Shown here: one piece after another, positions 1-8,800 of the stretch
Numbering within the stretch: position 1 is the stretch's first letter
Layout: every line of letters starts with the position of its first letter
The notes under the pieces: model-generated
What the model was told of the DNA's origin: nothing
Databases searched by the model: none
The model's input: only the letters and a program-made list of their open reading frames with translations
Translations under genes and position numbers: made by a program
IMG/VR virus record: IMGVR_UViG_3300017700_000399
Coordinates: 1-44,189 of that record
Origin: a virus
Taxonomy: Duplodnaviria; Caudoviricetes
Strand: one strand, 5' to 3'
DNA: 44,189 nucleotides

Positions 1-23
1 AACCCTTAGTTCTAGTGGGGAAA

Positions 24-52
24 AAGGGTATCGGGGTATGGGTACGGGGTAG
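24..52. repeat. Inverted iteron-like GGGTA array (putative origin, right part)
   Basis: AAGGGTAT, CGGGGTAT, GGGTAC, CGGGGTAG in tandem; reverse complement of the array at the other end. Confidence 0.7.
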
Positions 53-122
53 GTTTTAGCCGCTTTTTAGGCCAAAAACGCTACATTTTCTCCAATATTT
101 AGCGCCGGGGGAATAATTCGGC

Positions 123-151
123 TTGCTCGGGGAAAAATTACCGTTTAAGAT
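123..151 (+). promoter_or_regulatory. sigma70-like promoter for ORF 176
   Basis: TTGCTC-N17-TAAGAT upstream of AAGGAG RBS and ATG 176. Confidence 0.5.
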
Positions 152-175
152 AAACGCATAAAAGGAGCAAATCTT

Positions 176-760
176 ATGCAAATTCTTAAACGGTCCGAAG
201 CCGACGAAGCGGGGCTAGACAAATATTTTACGGGTAAGCCGTGCATCCGCGGCCATTTTTCCCACCGTTACACGTCCTCGGGCGCTTGTTCGCAATGCGT
301 AATTGACGCAACAAACAAAACGCGGGCGACTGTTGCGGGCGCTCCGACGGCTCGCCGGCGCCAAAAAGACGTAGCCGACGAGGACAAAATGGCCGCTTTC
401 GTCGACGCTCGGAACGCATACACCAACGCGGCCAACCAATTACTAGAGGTCCGGATCCGGGCATACGGTACCGATATTGCTTTGCTTCGCGAAACAGTGA
501 TCGCCCTCGGTAAAGCCCGGTACCCGATGTTGCGCGAGGCCGAGTTCCTACCGGTTGGCAAACCCACGGACGCGGCGGGCGGTACCGGCTTGTATCGGTT
601 CCGTTGCGACGTTGGCGACCTGGGCCTCTTGCGCGATACCGCAAACGCGCTCCTCGAGGCGCACACGGTCAACGTTTCAAGTATCCGCGACCGGGCAATC
701 CACGCCGCGGAGCAAATGGCCGACGACGCGGCACAGTCGCCGCCGGAGCATTGGAAATGA
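176..760 (+). CDS. Hypothetical protein with N-terminal Cys/His (putative Zn-binding) motif
   Basis: 194 aa, AAGGAG RBS; YFTGKPCxxGH...CxxC motif seen in other phage proteins. Confidence 0.75.
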   Translation: MQILKRSEADEAGLDKYFTGKPCIRGHFSHRYTSSGACSQCVIDATNKTRATVAGAPTARRRQKDVADEDKMAAFVDARNAYTNAANQLLEVRIRAYGTDIALLRETVIALGKARYPMLREAEFLPVGKPTDAAGGTGLYRFRCDVGDLGLLRDTANALLEAHTVNVSSIRDRAIHAAEQMADDAAQSPPEHWK

Positions 761-978
761 CGCGGCGCGAGGTCGTATTTATTGTCGTCGACGAGGCAAC
801 ATATTTGCCGCCGTCTGTTCTTGAGCGCATGGCCGACGCGCGTATCAAAATGGCGAAACTGTCGGCGTCGCTCGAGGCTTCGGTAATGCGAGATATAAAA
901 GCGGAACAACCGGTACGAAACGACCGGGAGCACTGGAAACAAAACGCGCAACGTCATAACTTCAAACGGAGGAAATAA
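757..978 (+). CDS. Hypothetical protein (73 aa)
   Basis: ATGA overlap with upstream stop and TAATG overlap with next gene; MTRREVVFIVVDE... Confidence 0.6.
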   Translation: MTRREVVFIVVDEATYLPPSVLERMADARIKMAKLSASLEASVMRDIKAEQPVRNDREHWKQNAQRHNFKRRK

Positions 979-1310
979 TGCGTAAAACAATCTTTGCGGC
1001 CGCGGTACTGGTCGTCGCAACATCATCGAACGCCCGCAACCTGGAATATGACGTCAAGGCCGGCCCCAAGCGCGACGCGTTGGTCTCGTTGCTAGTGCGT
1101 ACTGTCGTTTGCATGCGCGACGCCACCACGATGCAACTACGGGCCGGCATGCGCGACGACAACGACATTGCAACCGGTACCGCGATGTTATGCGGAACGC
1201 CGCTCGGTAAATTCATGGTTGCGGAAATGGGATTTACTAAACGTGACGCGGCAACGTACCTATTTGCTATGGGTCACGCGGCGATTAAAGAAACGCCAGG
1301 CGTAAAATAA
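978..1310 (+). CDS. Hypothetical exported protein
   Basis: GGAGG RBS; signal-peptide-like N-terminus MRKTIFAAAVLVVATSSNA. Confidence 0.7.
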   Translation: MRKTIFAAAVLVVATSSNARNLEYDVKAGPKRDALVSLLVRTVVCMRDATTMQLRAGMRDDNDIATGTAMLCGTPLGKFMVAEMGFTKRDAATYLFAMGHAAIKETPGVK

Positions 1311-1329
1311 AAGCCCCTTGCGGGGCTTT
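1310..1329. terminator. Bidirectional intrinsic terminator
   Basis: AAAGCCCC-TTGC-GGGGCTTT hairpin between convergent genes. Confidence 0.8.
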
Positions 1330-1331
1330 GG

Positions 1332-1535
1332 TCATCTAATCCATTTTTGTTCTAACGGACACCAGGTAACGCGCTTGGCGTCTATTAAAATATGCCCGTT
1401 TATGACGTCGTCCATCGGTTCCCCGAGTTCGTAAAAGGCGTCCTCTTGCAACGCGATCAAGGTCTCGCCGGGTTTGATCGTCACGGTTAGCGTCGTCGTA
1501 CCGTTGGCGTTTTGCTTGCTTTTTGTAATGTTCAT
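1332..1535 (-). CDS. Hypothetical protein (67 aa)
   Basis: MNITKSKQN... start overlaps upstream stop; ends at the terminator. Confidence 0.65.
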   Translation of the reverse strand: MNITKSKQNANGTTTLTVTIKPGETLIALQEDAFYELGEPMDDVINGHILIDAKRVTWCPLEQKWIR

Positions 1536-1960
1536 TTCGTACCCCCTTTCCAAGTATCCCGCTTGCCGCGGGTCTTTATCTCTCTTACGCCATTCGTCGG
1601 CACGTCCGCCGGCCGCCATATACAGCCGCACTTTTTACATAGGTGCGAACGGTGCGGCGGGTTACGCCACACGGTCCCGCCCATTTCCAAGCCACGCGGC
1701 GTTATCGATACCTCGGTCGGGCAAAACTCCACCGCGTCAACATGCTGGAAGTCGCACTCCGGACAAAATAGAATCATATCGACCGGCGCCGGCGTTAGGT
1801 CAATCGACGCAACGGCGGGCGGTACCGGCCACGTTAATTCCCGTTGCGGTTCGCTAGGAGGTACGGGAACAGGTACTTTAGCGACGCAACCGCAACGAAC
1901 CGACCCGCCTCTCGGCATTTGGAGCCAACCAGTACCGAGACATGCTTCGCACTTTTTCAT
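1532..1960 (-). CDS. Hypothetical Cys-rich (zinc-ribbon) protein
   Basis: MKKCEAC...; CPEC...H and HRSHLCKKCG motifs; coupled start/stop overlaps. Confidence 0.7.
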   Translation of the reverse strand: MKKCEACLGTGWLQMPRGGSVRCGCVAKVPVPVPPSEPQRELTWPVPPAVASIDLTPAPVDMILFCPECDFQHVDAVEFCPTEVSITPRGLEMGGTVWRNPPHRSHLCKKCGCIWRPADVPTNGVREIKTRGKRDTWKGGTK

Positions 1961-2166
1961 AGCGTCACCCAAGCCGGTACCGACGGCGCTGTCGTAACCT
2001 CGCCGCCAACGCCCCCGCACGATTCGCATTTCATCGCCGGGATAACGTTGTTATGGAAATTCGCGTCATCGTAGCCGGTACCCTTGACCTCGGCGCCGCA
2101 ATGCTGACACTCGTAAATCGCCCAAAAATCGCGGCGTATTTGCCCGGTTATCTGTTTAATTTTCAT
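1957..2166 (-). CDS. Small zinc-ribbon protein (69 aa)
   Basis: RRDFWAIYECQHCG...GYDD...CESCG; ATGA overlaps. Confidence 0.75.
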   Translation of the reverse strand: MKIKQITGQIRRDFWAIYECQHCGAEVKGTGYDDANFHNNVIPAMKCESCGGVGGEVTTAPSVPAWVTL

Positions 2167-2492
2167 GGTGTAACCCATTCGTCCCAAGCCGCTTGCGCTT
2201 CCTCGCCGGCCGTCTCGAGCGTGTAACCCGAGTGTTTGACAAGGCGCTCGACTTCCATGTGTATAAAGTGCCCTTGCTCGCTGGACGTATACGGATGGTT
2301 ACGCACCAAGAGAAACGCTTGTATGCAATCCTCGGTCTTGAATTCGTGCGGCACTTTATTGTCGACGAGTTTAAAACGGAAGTCCTCGACCGCGGCTCGC
2401 GCCGAGTCGTTGTATTTGATCGATCCCCGCGCCCACTGTAACAATTTTGGGTCGGAGGCGATCGTTTGGAATAATGCTTGCGCTTTCTTCAT
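2163..2492 (-). CDS. Hypothetical protein (109 aa)
   Basis: MKKAQAL... translationally coupled within the operon. Confidence 0.65.
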   Translation of the reverse strand: MKKAQALFQTIASDPKLLQWARGSIKYNDSARAAVEDFRFKLVDNKVPHEFKTEDCIQAFLLVRNHPYTSSEQGHFIHMEVERLVKHSGYTLETAGEEAQAAWDEWVTP

Positions 2493-2911
2493 GGTTGCAC
2501 CTGGTACGCGATAACCTCGTATTTCCCGCAATCGCCCTTTTTAGCATGAGCCCAGTACACCCAATGCGAGGACACGGTTTTGCCAGCGGTAGCCGGGTCG
2601 CTGCGCAATTTGACGCGTACGTTTTTGCCCGGTACCGGATTCTCGCCGCCGTTCCATTCGATCCACGTCGGGTCGACGTATTCCGCCGGCAAGTCGTTTG
2701 CGAAACGTTCGACGTATTCGCGTACGATGCCAAAATTGTAACTCCCTTTAAGTACCGGATAATTTTGTTCCATCATGTCGAGAGCGTCGCTTGCGTTGTC
2801 CGCACCGGCCGACATTAAAGCGAGTACCGATAACGCGCGTTGCTTCATTGGGTGCGCCACCGGCAAGCCGACTGTAAGGTCCGCGATTAAATCTTTTAAG
2901 GTATTTGCCAT
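2489..2911 (-). CDS. Hypothetical protein (140 aa)
   Basis: GAGGA RBS; WIEWNGGENPV...V.VKLR motif common in phage accessory proteins. Confidence 0.75.
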   Translation of the reverse strand: MANTLKDLIADLTVGLPVAHPMKQRALSVLALMSAGADNASDALDMMEQNYPVLKGSYNFGIVREYVERFANDLPAEYVDPTWIEWNGGENPVPGKNVRVKLRSDPATAGKTVSSHWVYWAHAKKGDCGKYEVIAYQVQP

Positions 2912-2942
2912 TTGTAATCCTCGGTTCGTTGTTGAGGGTTTA

Positions 2943-2971
2943 ATCTTAGTCGCATTATTCGACTATTGCAA
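2943..2971 (-). promoter_or_regulatory. Class I repeated promoter, copy A
   Basis: TTGCAA-tagtcgaataatgcgac-TAAGAT (17-nt spacer); near-identical to copies at 17277, 36927 and 40560. Confidence 0.85.
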
Positions 2972-3605
2972 GTAATTATTTAAAAGTATTGGCGCCCACT
3001 GTTGCACCATTGCGTCGGCTATGCCGGCGTACGTTTCGCTTCGCATCTTGGAGCGCTCGAGGGAAGGGCCGAGGCGATTTTGCCCGCTGTCGGTTTGGTT
3101 GGACCAACGCTCGACCGTTTTTCCGTTATGTTGCACCAAGCGGCCGGGGTGCCGTGTCGTCGGAACGAGGGGCGGCAAACCGTCCAGCCACAAGCATGTA
3201 GATTTACTGGCATCGTCGCCGAATTGGTACGGTTGTATTATTTGGCTGGCCGGCATACCCAGGCGCGTACTTATGCAACCGATAGGGTTCTCCATTACTT
3301 TACGCTTGACCGGCGCGGACCAAACCCGGCGCACGAATTCGAGAGCCTCCAAAGTCTGCCCCCCCCCCGTATCTTACGGACTTGGGGTTGCGGTTCCAGT
3401 GTAGGCCGCTCGAACTCAAATACGTGCAAGGCGGATGCACGATAAGCAAGTCCCAACCGGCGTACAGCACGTCGAAAATATCGCCTTGGTAATGGTGGCC
3501 CGGCGTCCGGGACGGTTGTAAATCGCAGGACATAGCAAAGAAACCGGCTCTTGCGAACCGGTCTCGTATAACGCCGCTCTCCTCGCAACCGATCAATATA
3601 TTCAA
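2963..3605 (-). pseudogene. Minimal C5-cytosine DNA methyltransferase-like gene, frameshifted at a G10 tract (213 aa if the tract is G9)
   Basis: 5' half ILIGCEESG, SCDL, GDI, HPPC; 3' half ENP, KSTCLWL, RSETYAGIADAMVQQW; halves join in frame if one G of 3359-3368 is removed. Confidence 0.75.
3359..3368 (-). repeat. G10 homopolymer (C10 on + strand)
   Basis: Directly visible; lies exactly at the frame break of the MTase-like gene. Confidence 0.95.
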
Positions 3606-3793
3606 TTTTGCGACTCGAGGTACTTACGGCCGGCGTCAGTAATTGCGCCTCGGCTAATCCAACCGCGGGACTTGAGCGCGACGTAAATTTTTTCCTTTGC
3701 CTTGTCGGCCGGTTCGTTCTCGCCGATTTTGCCGGCAGCGATCGCGCGGAGCATTTCCAACATAGCGGGCGAGCAATACGGGAGCGGCTTCAT
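3602..3793 (-). CDS. Small winged-helix-like hypothetical protein
   Basis: 63 aa; AL.SRGWI...ITDAGR pattern; ATGA overlaps. Confidence 0.65.
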   Translation of the reverse strand: MKPLPYCSPAMLEMLRAIAAGKIGENEPADKAKEKIYVALKSRGWISRGAITDAGRKYLESQN

Positions 3794-4323
3794 TTCGCAT
3801 CGCCTTTATAAGTTGCGAGGTATTCTTTAAAACCGACCTTGACGCCGTCGACCAAAAAGCCCCAAACGCCGCGGTACTCGAACATTACAAACAGCGTCCA
3901 AACCCCCGCCGGCGATACCCATTCGATACGATGGAACTCGTTAAACTTCAGCGAGCACGTATCGCCAGCGCGGCGCCAAAAACATTGCCCGGCCTCGGTT
4001 GGGTGCGGGAACGATTGCGACGTCGGCTCGCCGTCGGGGCGTACCTCGACGTATGCACCACGCAACAGAAAGGTACGGGCGTTCCATGGATGGTCATGCA
4101 CGTGGCGGCCTGGGTCGTCCTCGCGGCGTATGTTATGTATGCGAATCGAGAACGGGATCCGCGGGTATTTGGCGACGCGGGACTCGCGGTCGTACTGATT
4201 GAAAAGCCAATAGCGGTCCATGTAGTCGCCGATTGACTCGTCCGGAGTGCGCTTGGCGCGCTCGATCAACCACGACGATACGCGCGGTACCGCCAACAAT
4301 TTAGCCAACAGGTTTAACAGCAT
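3790..4323 (-). CDS. Cupin-fold (DSBH) phage protein
   Basis: HVHDHPW...LLRGAYVE...RRAGD...FHRI...WTLF metal-binding cupin pattern; GGAGG RBS. Confidence 0.75.
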   Translation of the reverse strand: MLLNLLAKLLAVPRVSSWLIERAKRTPDESIGDYMDRYWLFNQYDRESRVAKYPRIPFSIRIHNIRREDDPGRHVHDHPWNARTFLLRGAYVEVRPDGEPTSQSFPHPTEAGQCFWRRAGDTCSLKFNEFHRIEWVSPAGVWTLFVMFEYRGVWGFLVDGVKVGFKEYLATYKGDAK

Positions 4324-4660
4324 TTGGGTTTCCTCCGGTTTCGATACGTTCTAGTAAATCATCGACGATAACGTGCAAGGCGCGTATGCGTCGTTGGCCG
4401 TCTTTCTCGTCCGCAATGCGGTTACTTATGATTGCGCCGGCGCGTATGGCCGACTTGATGATACGCAACTCGTCGGCGACCTCGAGCAACAACGGGTCGG
4501 GGTAATCATCGATCAGAATTGCGCGCATGTGGTCGAATGCTGACATAGGTACGTCGTTGCAAACGTTGTCGGCTCTCGCGCTGTTGATTGCCCGCGAGAC
4601 AAACCGAACCCACGAGAATTGTGTGACGTTAAACGGCCGGTTCGGTAGGGACTTGTTCAT
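4301..4660 (-). CDS. Hypothetical protein (119 aa)
   Basis: MNKSLPNRP...; fills the operon between the 4795-4823 promoter and the cupin. Confidence 0.6.
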   Translation of the reverse strand: MNKSLPNRPFNVTQFSWVRFVSRAINSARADNVCNDVPMSAFDHMRAILIDDYPDPLLLEVADELRIIKSAIRAGAIISNRIADEKDGQRRIRALHVIVDDLLERIETGGNPNAVKPVG

Positions 4661-4794
4661 TTTCTTTTGTCTCGAGTAGTGGTTCGGGCTCGGTTTCAAA
4701 CGCAAAAGTGCGTACGTTAAATTGCTCGTTATATTGTCTTGGATGGTGCATAAATATCCTACAAATGGCGCCGGACGTTTCCGACGTGAAATGT

Positions 4795-4823
4795 AGGATA
4801 TTTGGTATTGACGTTTCCGTCAA
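4795..4823 (-). promoter_or_regulatory. Class II promoter with TTGAC-N6-GTCAA operator
   Basis: TTGACG-N17-TATCCT; palindrome TATTGACG-tttc-CGTCAATA at 4806-4825. Confidence 0.7.
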
Positions 4824-4830
4824 TAAATAT

Positions 4831-7266
4831 TTAGCCGCCGGGCAACGGTATCGAACCGATTGCGCCTTGAGCAACAGAATACGAGCGGGCAATATCGGAC
4901 GGGTTTGTCAACAGGCGATCGATACTTGTCGCCAGTATGTACAGTTTCGGCTTGCCGCCATCGGGCAAAACGACGTTGTTTAGGCGGCCGTCGACAAGTC
5001 CCGGATGCTGTATAAACCCGAGCGATTCCATCAAACCCTTGCGCTTGTTATGCGGTATTTTATTGGACGCCCGTTTTTCCTCGAGCAAGTTACCCAACGC
5101 CAACGACGAAACCCAACCGCCGGCGAAGCCTGGTAGACCTTGCTTGACCGCCTCGAGGATCTCTTGCTCGACGTTACCGAGCGACTCGACGATCGCCTCC
5201 TCGGTTGCCGTCGTGGTCGGCGCGCGTTGGCACGAACCGGCCGGGTTGAACTCGTCGGGTATCGGCCACGTATGCAGCAATTCCGACACGATCGCATAGC
5301 CGCCGGCGCGCAACCATTCGTACAACTCTTGGAAATATTTGTTTGTCATGCCGTCGCGGACCAGGTCGGCGGCGTACTGTTGCGCGGTAAAAAAGTTACA
5401 TATCCGGCGGTCGTTGCGCGTCTTAATGAGCGCGTCTTTATGGTTTGAGTTGAAAATAAAATTGCCGCAAATGTCGGACGAGATTTGGTCGACGCCCTTA
5501 CCCTCGATTTCCAAATCGTCGCCGGTAATCATCGGTTTGATTTCCTCGAACACGTCGCGACGCGAGCCCGGTACGTAAATATCCTCGACGCCATAAAACA
5601 ATTTGTACAGCATCCAGGCGTTAAACTCTTTCGCCAGTTTGGACGCTTTCGGCCAATGTACGTACCGTTTGCCGATAGCCTCGGCGACGCAACGCGTAAG
5701 CAATGTTTTACCGTTGCCCTCGACGCCTTGCAATAGCGGCGCCCATTGGAATTTAACGCCCTTGTACTGCACGCATGCGGCCATGTAGGACAGCAAAATA
5801 CGGCGGTCGCGTTCGTCCGGGAGGAGCTTCTCGAGGTGCGTCATAAACGGCGTAACGTCGCCCGTCGAGCGCGGCACGTCGACCGGCCAATACACGTTAA
5901 CGCGGGTGCGTCCGGCATCGTGGATAACTTCGCCGGCGGCGCGGTCCGGCTTAAAGCAAGTCGAATCGGCACGCGGGGAGCGGTAGGCTTGGGACTGCGT
6001 GAAAGCCTCGTACGCGTCGCGGCTCGTGCGCTCGTTGGCGTTGTCCATCGGGAACGAGTAACCGCCGTACATGACCCGAAATTGATCCGGTTTAAGCAAG
6101 AGGCCGCCCGGCACGAGGACGCGGTTTGACTCGTATACATACACGCATCCGCGAAAGAGTTCGACTTGTTGCGGTATGGTTAAAAACGTGGCGCCAGTAA
6201 CCGCCGTTGCGACCGCGGCCTCGCCTTTGGTACCGGCCGGCGGCGGGGCGCTGACGTGACTCGAGGAGAGCGGCTCGGGCTCTTTATCCGTCAGTACGTC
6301 GCGTTGCTCGGCAACGGCGCCAATAATCGTACGCGGCAAATAGTCGTCGCGTTCCCATTTGCCGCGACCCAGGCTCGAACGTTCCATTAAACGCAGGATA
6401 CGGGCGCAATCCTTACCGGTCCAGAATGCCAGATGTTGCGCGAGCGCACGGTCGGCCGAGGACGCGTTGTACGGGGTCGAGGAGCCCATACCGTCGGCCG
6501 GATAGGCGCGGGCAAGTACCTCGATATTGCACTCGAACAAATCGCGGAACGTTGCTTTATCGCCGAATGCGGCGGCCGCCCCTTGCGAGCGCAATGCCCG
6601 GTTGAGGAGGTCGTCATCGTCCTCGGGACCGTTCCACAATGGATCCGCCCCAATCTCGACCAATTGCTCCCAACGCGCGAACACGTCGCCCGACACGCCG
6701 GCATCGCTACTGCCCGCGAAATAGTATTGAATGAGCCAAGGGAGCGCGTACGTAAAATCGAGCGCGGCGTTACCCGTGATCGACGTACCGGTCAACGCAA
6801 CAAAGCGGCCCTCGGTATAAAACTCGAGGTTTAACGGAATGTTGCGGCAACCGTGTTGCGGCGCCTGGCCGGATCCGAATATATGCAACCCGGTACCGGA
6901 GGCCGATACCTCGAGCGCCGCGCCTGGGAACGCCGCGACCAATTGCGTAGCGAGCTCCGACCATCCGGAGCCGTCGGGCAACGCGCATTTGTCAATGTCG
7001 AGAAACCAAAACGGGTCGTTTACAGTGAACACGAAGCCGACGCCGTATTGCGATCCGAATTGCGCGCAAGCATTTATAGCCGTTTGCGCATCGGTCCACA
7101 TTTCCGGCCAATGGGCGCCGCCCGTACCTTTTGGGGGCATTTGCCCGGTACGATGATCGATAGGGAATTTGTCATACTTGCCCTTGGCCGCGTTCCATAC
7201 CAATTGATATAAGATAAATTGGCGGTACGCGGCAAGAGGTGCGAGAGCGGCGGGTAAAAATTGCAT
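4831..7266 (-). CDS. NrS-1-like primase-polymerase fused to an SF3-type helicase
   Basis: DID, SASGTGLH and EFY..GRF prim-pol motifs; helix-bundle region (SSADRALAQHLAFWTG...KWER.DY); Walker A GVEGNGKT. Confidence 0.88.
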   Translation of the reverse strand: MQFLPAALAPLAAYRQFILYQLVWNAAKGKYDKFPIDHRTGQMPPKGTGGAHWPEMWTDAQTAINACAQFGSQYGVGFVFTVNDPFWFLDIDKCALPDGSGWSELATQLVAAFPGAALEVSASGTGLHIFGSGQAPQHGCRNIPLNLEFYTEGRFVALTGTSITGNAALDFTYALPWLIQYYFAGSSDAGVSGDVFARWEQLVEIGADPLWNGPEDDDDLLNRALRSQGAAAAFGDKATFRDLFECNIEVLARAYPADGMGSSTPYNASSADRALAQHLAFWTGKDCARILRLMERSSLGRGKWERDDYLPRTIIGAVAEQRDVLTDKEPEPLSSSHVSAPPPAGTKGEAAVATAVTGATFLTIPQQVELFRGCVYVYESNRVLVPGGLLLKPDQFRVMYGGYSFPMDNANERTSRDAYEAFTQSQAYRSPRADSTCFKPDRAAGEVIHDAGRTRVNVYWPVDVPRSTGDVTPFMTHLEKLLPDERDRRILLSYMAACVQYKGVKFQWAPLLQGVEGNGKTLLTRCVAEAIGKRYVHWPKASKLAKEFNAWMLYKLFYGVEDIYVPGSRRDVFEEIKPMITGDDLEIEGKGVDQISSDICGNFIFNSNHKDALIKTRNDRRICNFFTAQQYAADLVRDGMTNKYFQELYEWLRAGGYAIVSELLHTWPIPDEFNPAGSCQRAPTTTATEEAIVESLGNVEQEILEAVKQGLPGFAGGWVSSLALGNLLEEKRASNKIPHNKRKGLMESLGFIQHPGLVDGRLNNVVLPDGGKPKLYILATSIDRLLTNPSDIARSYSVAQGAIGSIPLPGG

Positions 7267-7281
7267 TACGAGCCCTCGGGG

Positions 7282-7584
7282 TTAGGCGGCGAGCGTTTCG
7301 AGAGCGGCTTTTTTCAGTTCGTCCGGCGCCTTACACGCGTGGGCGTCCTTGGCGGCGAGACCTTGCGCAATGATAGGTAGATTGTGCTGACGTACGGCCG
7401 CGCGCATGATATCGCGGCGTAAGTTGGTCATCGTGCCGAAGTAGTTAGAAACCAAGCCGGGCGCGCACTCGGCAACGGTTGCGATGCCCTCGCGCGTTAC
7501 ATGGGAGTAACCATGTTTTGCGGAGAGTTGCAACGCTGCGTCGAGGATTTGGGCTTTACGGTCGGTTGGTTTGAGTCGTGACAT
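7282..7584 (-). CDS. TetR-like HTH transcriptional regulator
   Basis: RKAQILDAALQL...GY...T...IA......GLVSNYF TetR N-terminal signature. Confidence 0.8.
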   Translation of the reverse strand: MSRLKPTDRKAQILDAALQLSAKHGYSHVTREGIATVAECAPGLVSNYFGTMTNLRRDIMRAAVRQHNLPIIAQGLAAKDAHACKAPDELKKAALETLAA

Positions 7585-7613
7585 TTTTTGTTCTCTTGGT
7601 GAAAGTTTTACCG

Positions 7614-7642
7614 ATAGTAACGGCGGTTGACGTTGCCGTCAA
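7614..7642 (-). promoter_or_regulatory. Class II promoter/operator upstream of the TetR-like gene
   Basis: TTGACG-N17-TACTAT overlapping TTGAC-gttgcc-GTCAA (7627-7642). Confidence 0.8.
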
Positions 7643-7651
7643 TAAAGAAAA

Positions 7652-8560
7652 TTACTTTTCTTCAATCTCAATTTCGCCGCCCAACGCATCGACCATGCTA
7701 GAAAACAAATTATTCAACTCGCCGGCCATCAAAACAAAGTCGCCCTCTTTGCGCTCGTAGTCGTTTGCCGCATCCGAGACGTTTTCTTTCATAATATCGA
7801 GCGGCGCGATTTGCTTAAAAACAAAACTATCGGTAAGTACGAACGAGATTTTATCCGCCCAGGTAAGGGCAAGACGCGTGCAACTTTTACCGGCGGCAAT
7901 ATGCCGGTTAAGGTCGTCGGCCTCGAGCGTGTGGCGCACGTAGCGTACTGTCGGTTTGCCGTCGTGCGACGATTGCAACTCGGTATCTTGGTCGACCGTG
8001 AAACCGTGCGGCGCCTCGTCACGCGATAACCACTCCGTCATACTGAACCGCGGGGTTTGGTTGGTGCGTACGGCCTCGACGTCGAACCCGTCTAAGGCTT
8101 TCATCAGTAGCAAAATAAAGTCGCTTGCGCGGCTATGCGTGGGCGTGTCGACCGCAAACCATCCGTTTTTGGTATCGATCCACGCACGGGTAACGGCGCG
8201 CGTCGTAAAGGCTTTCGGCAACAGTTCATCGAGCACGAGTTCGCGTATTTCCTTGGTCTGTTTGCGCCCAGGCTTAAAACCTTGTTGCTCCTCGAGCCGG
8301 TCGCATTGTTCGCGCGTCTTGCGGTCAATTACTTGCTTTGGCAATTGCTTACGCTCGGTACAAATTGACAGAAACAATTGTCCGCCGGCGACGCTAAAAA
8401 CGAGGTCTCCGCCGTCCATGACCGGCACGAAACCGGCCGTTTCCATATCCAAATCCCCGCACGGCTGGAACTTGAAAGACTCGAGCTTTTTAGCCATTGC
8501 GGCCGGATCCATAGGGCCGGGACGGCGGCGAAACAAAACTACATTACGAAACCAAGACAT
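7652..8560 (-). CDS. rdgC: Recombination-associated protein RdgC
   Basis: MSWFRN..., F.PCG, E.K.LP, LLPKAF, LALTW..KISFVL, DFVLMAGEL; 302 aa. Confidence 0.93.
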   Translation of the reverse strand: MSWFRNVVLFRRRPGPMDPAAMAKKLESFKFQPCGDLDMETAGFVPVMDGGDLVFSVAGGQLFLSICTERKQLPKQVIDRKTREQCDRLEEQQGFKPGRKQTKEIRELVLDELLPKAFTTRAVTRAWIDTKNGWFAVDTPTHSRASDFILLLMKALDGFDVEAVRTNQTPRFSMTEWLSRDEAPHGFTVDQDTELQSSHDGKPTVRYVRHTLEADDLNRHIAAGKSCTRLALTWADKISFVLTDSFVFKQIAPLDIMKENVSDAANDYERKEGDFVLMAGELNNLFSSMVDALGGEIEIEEK

Positions 8561-8563
8561 GAT

Positions 8564-8800
8564 TTATTCCGATTTTCCGATAATACGTTGCATACGCTTT
8601 TCTTTGTCCCAATCGGCCAAGCATGCGGCGTAATGTTCGCAATGCTTTTTCGCGGCCGTTTGTTCGATACCGCTACAATCCCAACAACCGAGCAAGGGTT
8701 GCTCGTGTACGGGGATGGTACGGCGGGCGCGCTCGATATGGGCGGCCCGTTCTCTTTCTTCCAATTCCGTAGCTACGTCGCTCGGGTCGCTAGCAATCAT
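8564..8800 (-). CDS. TraR/DksA-like small Cys protein
   Basis: N-terminal DPSDVA (DxxDxA) helix followed by CWDC...C.....C; 78 aa. Confidence 0.6.
   Translation of the reverse strand: MIASDPSDVATELEERERAAHIERARRTIPVHEQPLLGCWDCSGIEQTAAKKHCEHYAACLADWDKEKRMQRIIGKSE

Noticed and set aside
757-978. Walker-B-like VVFIVVDEATYL suggesting an ATPase
   Set aside because: 73-aa ORF with no Walker A; at most a fragment or coincidence
3300-3605. Treating 3300-3605 and 2963-3352 as two independent genes
   Set aside because: MTase motifs are split between them and join exactly at the G10 tract
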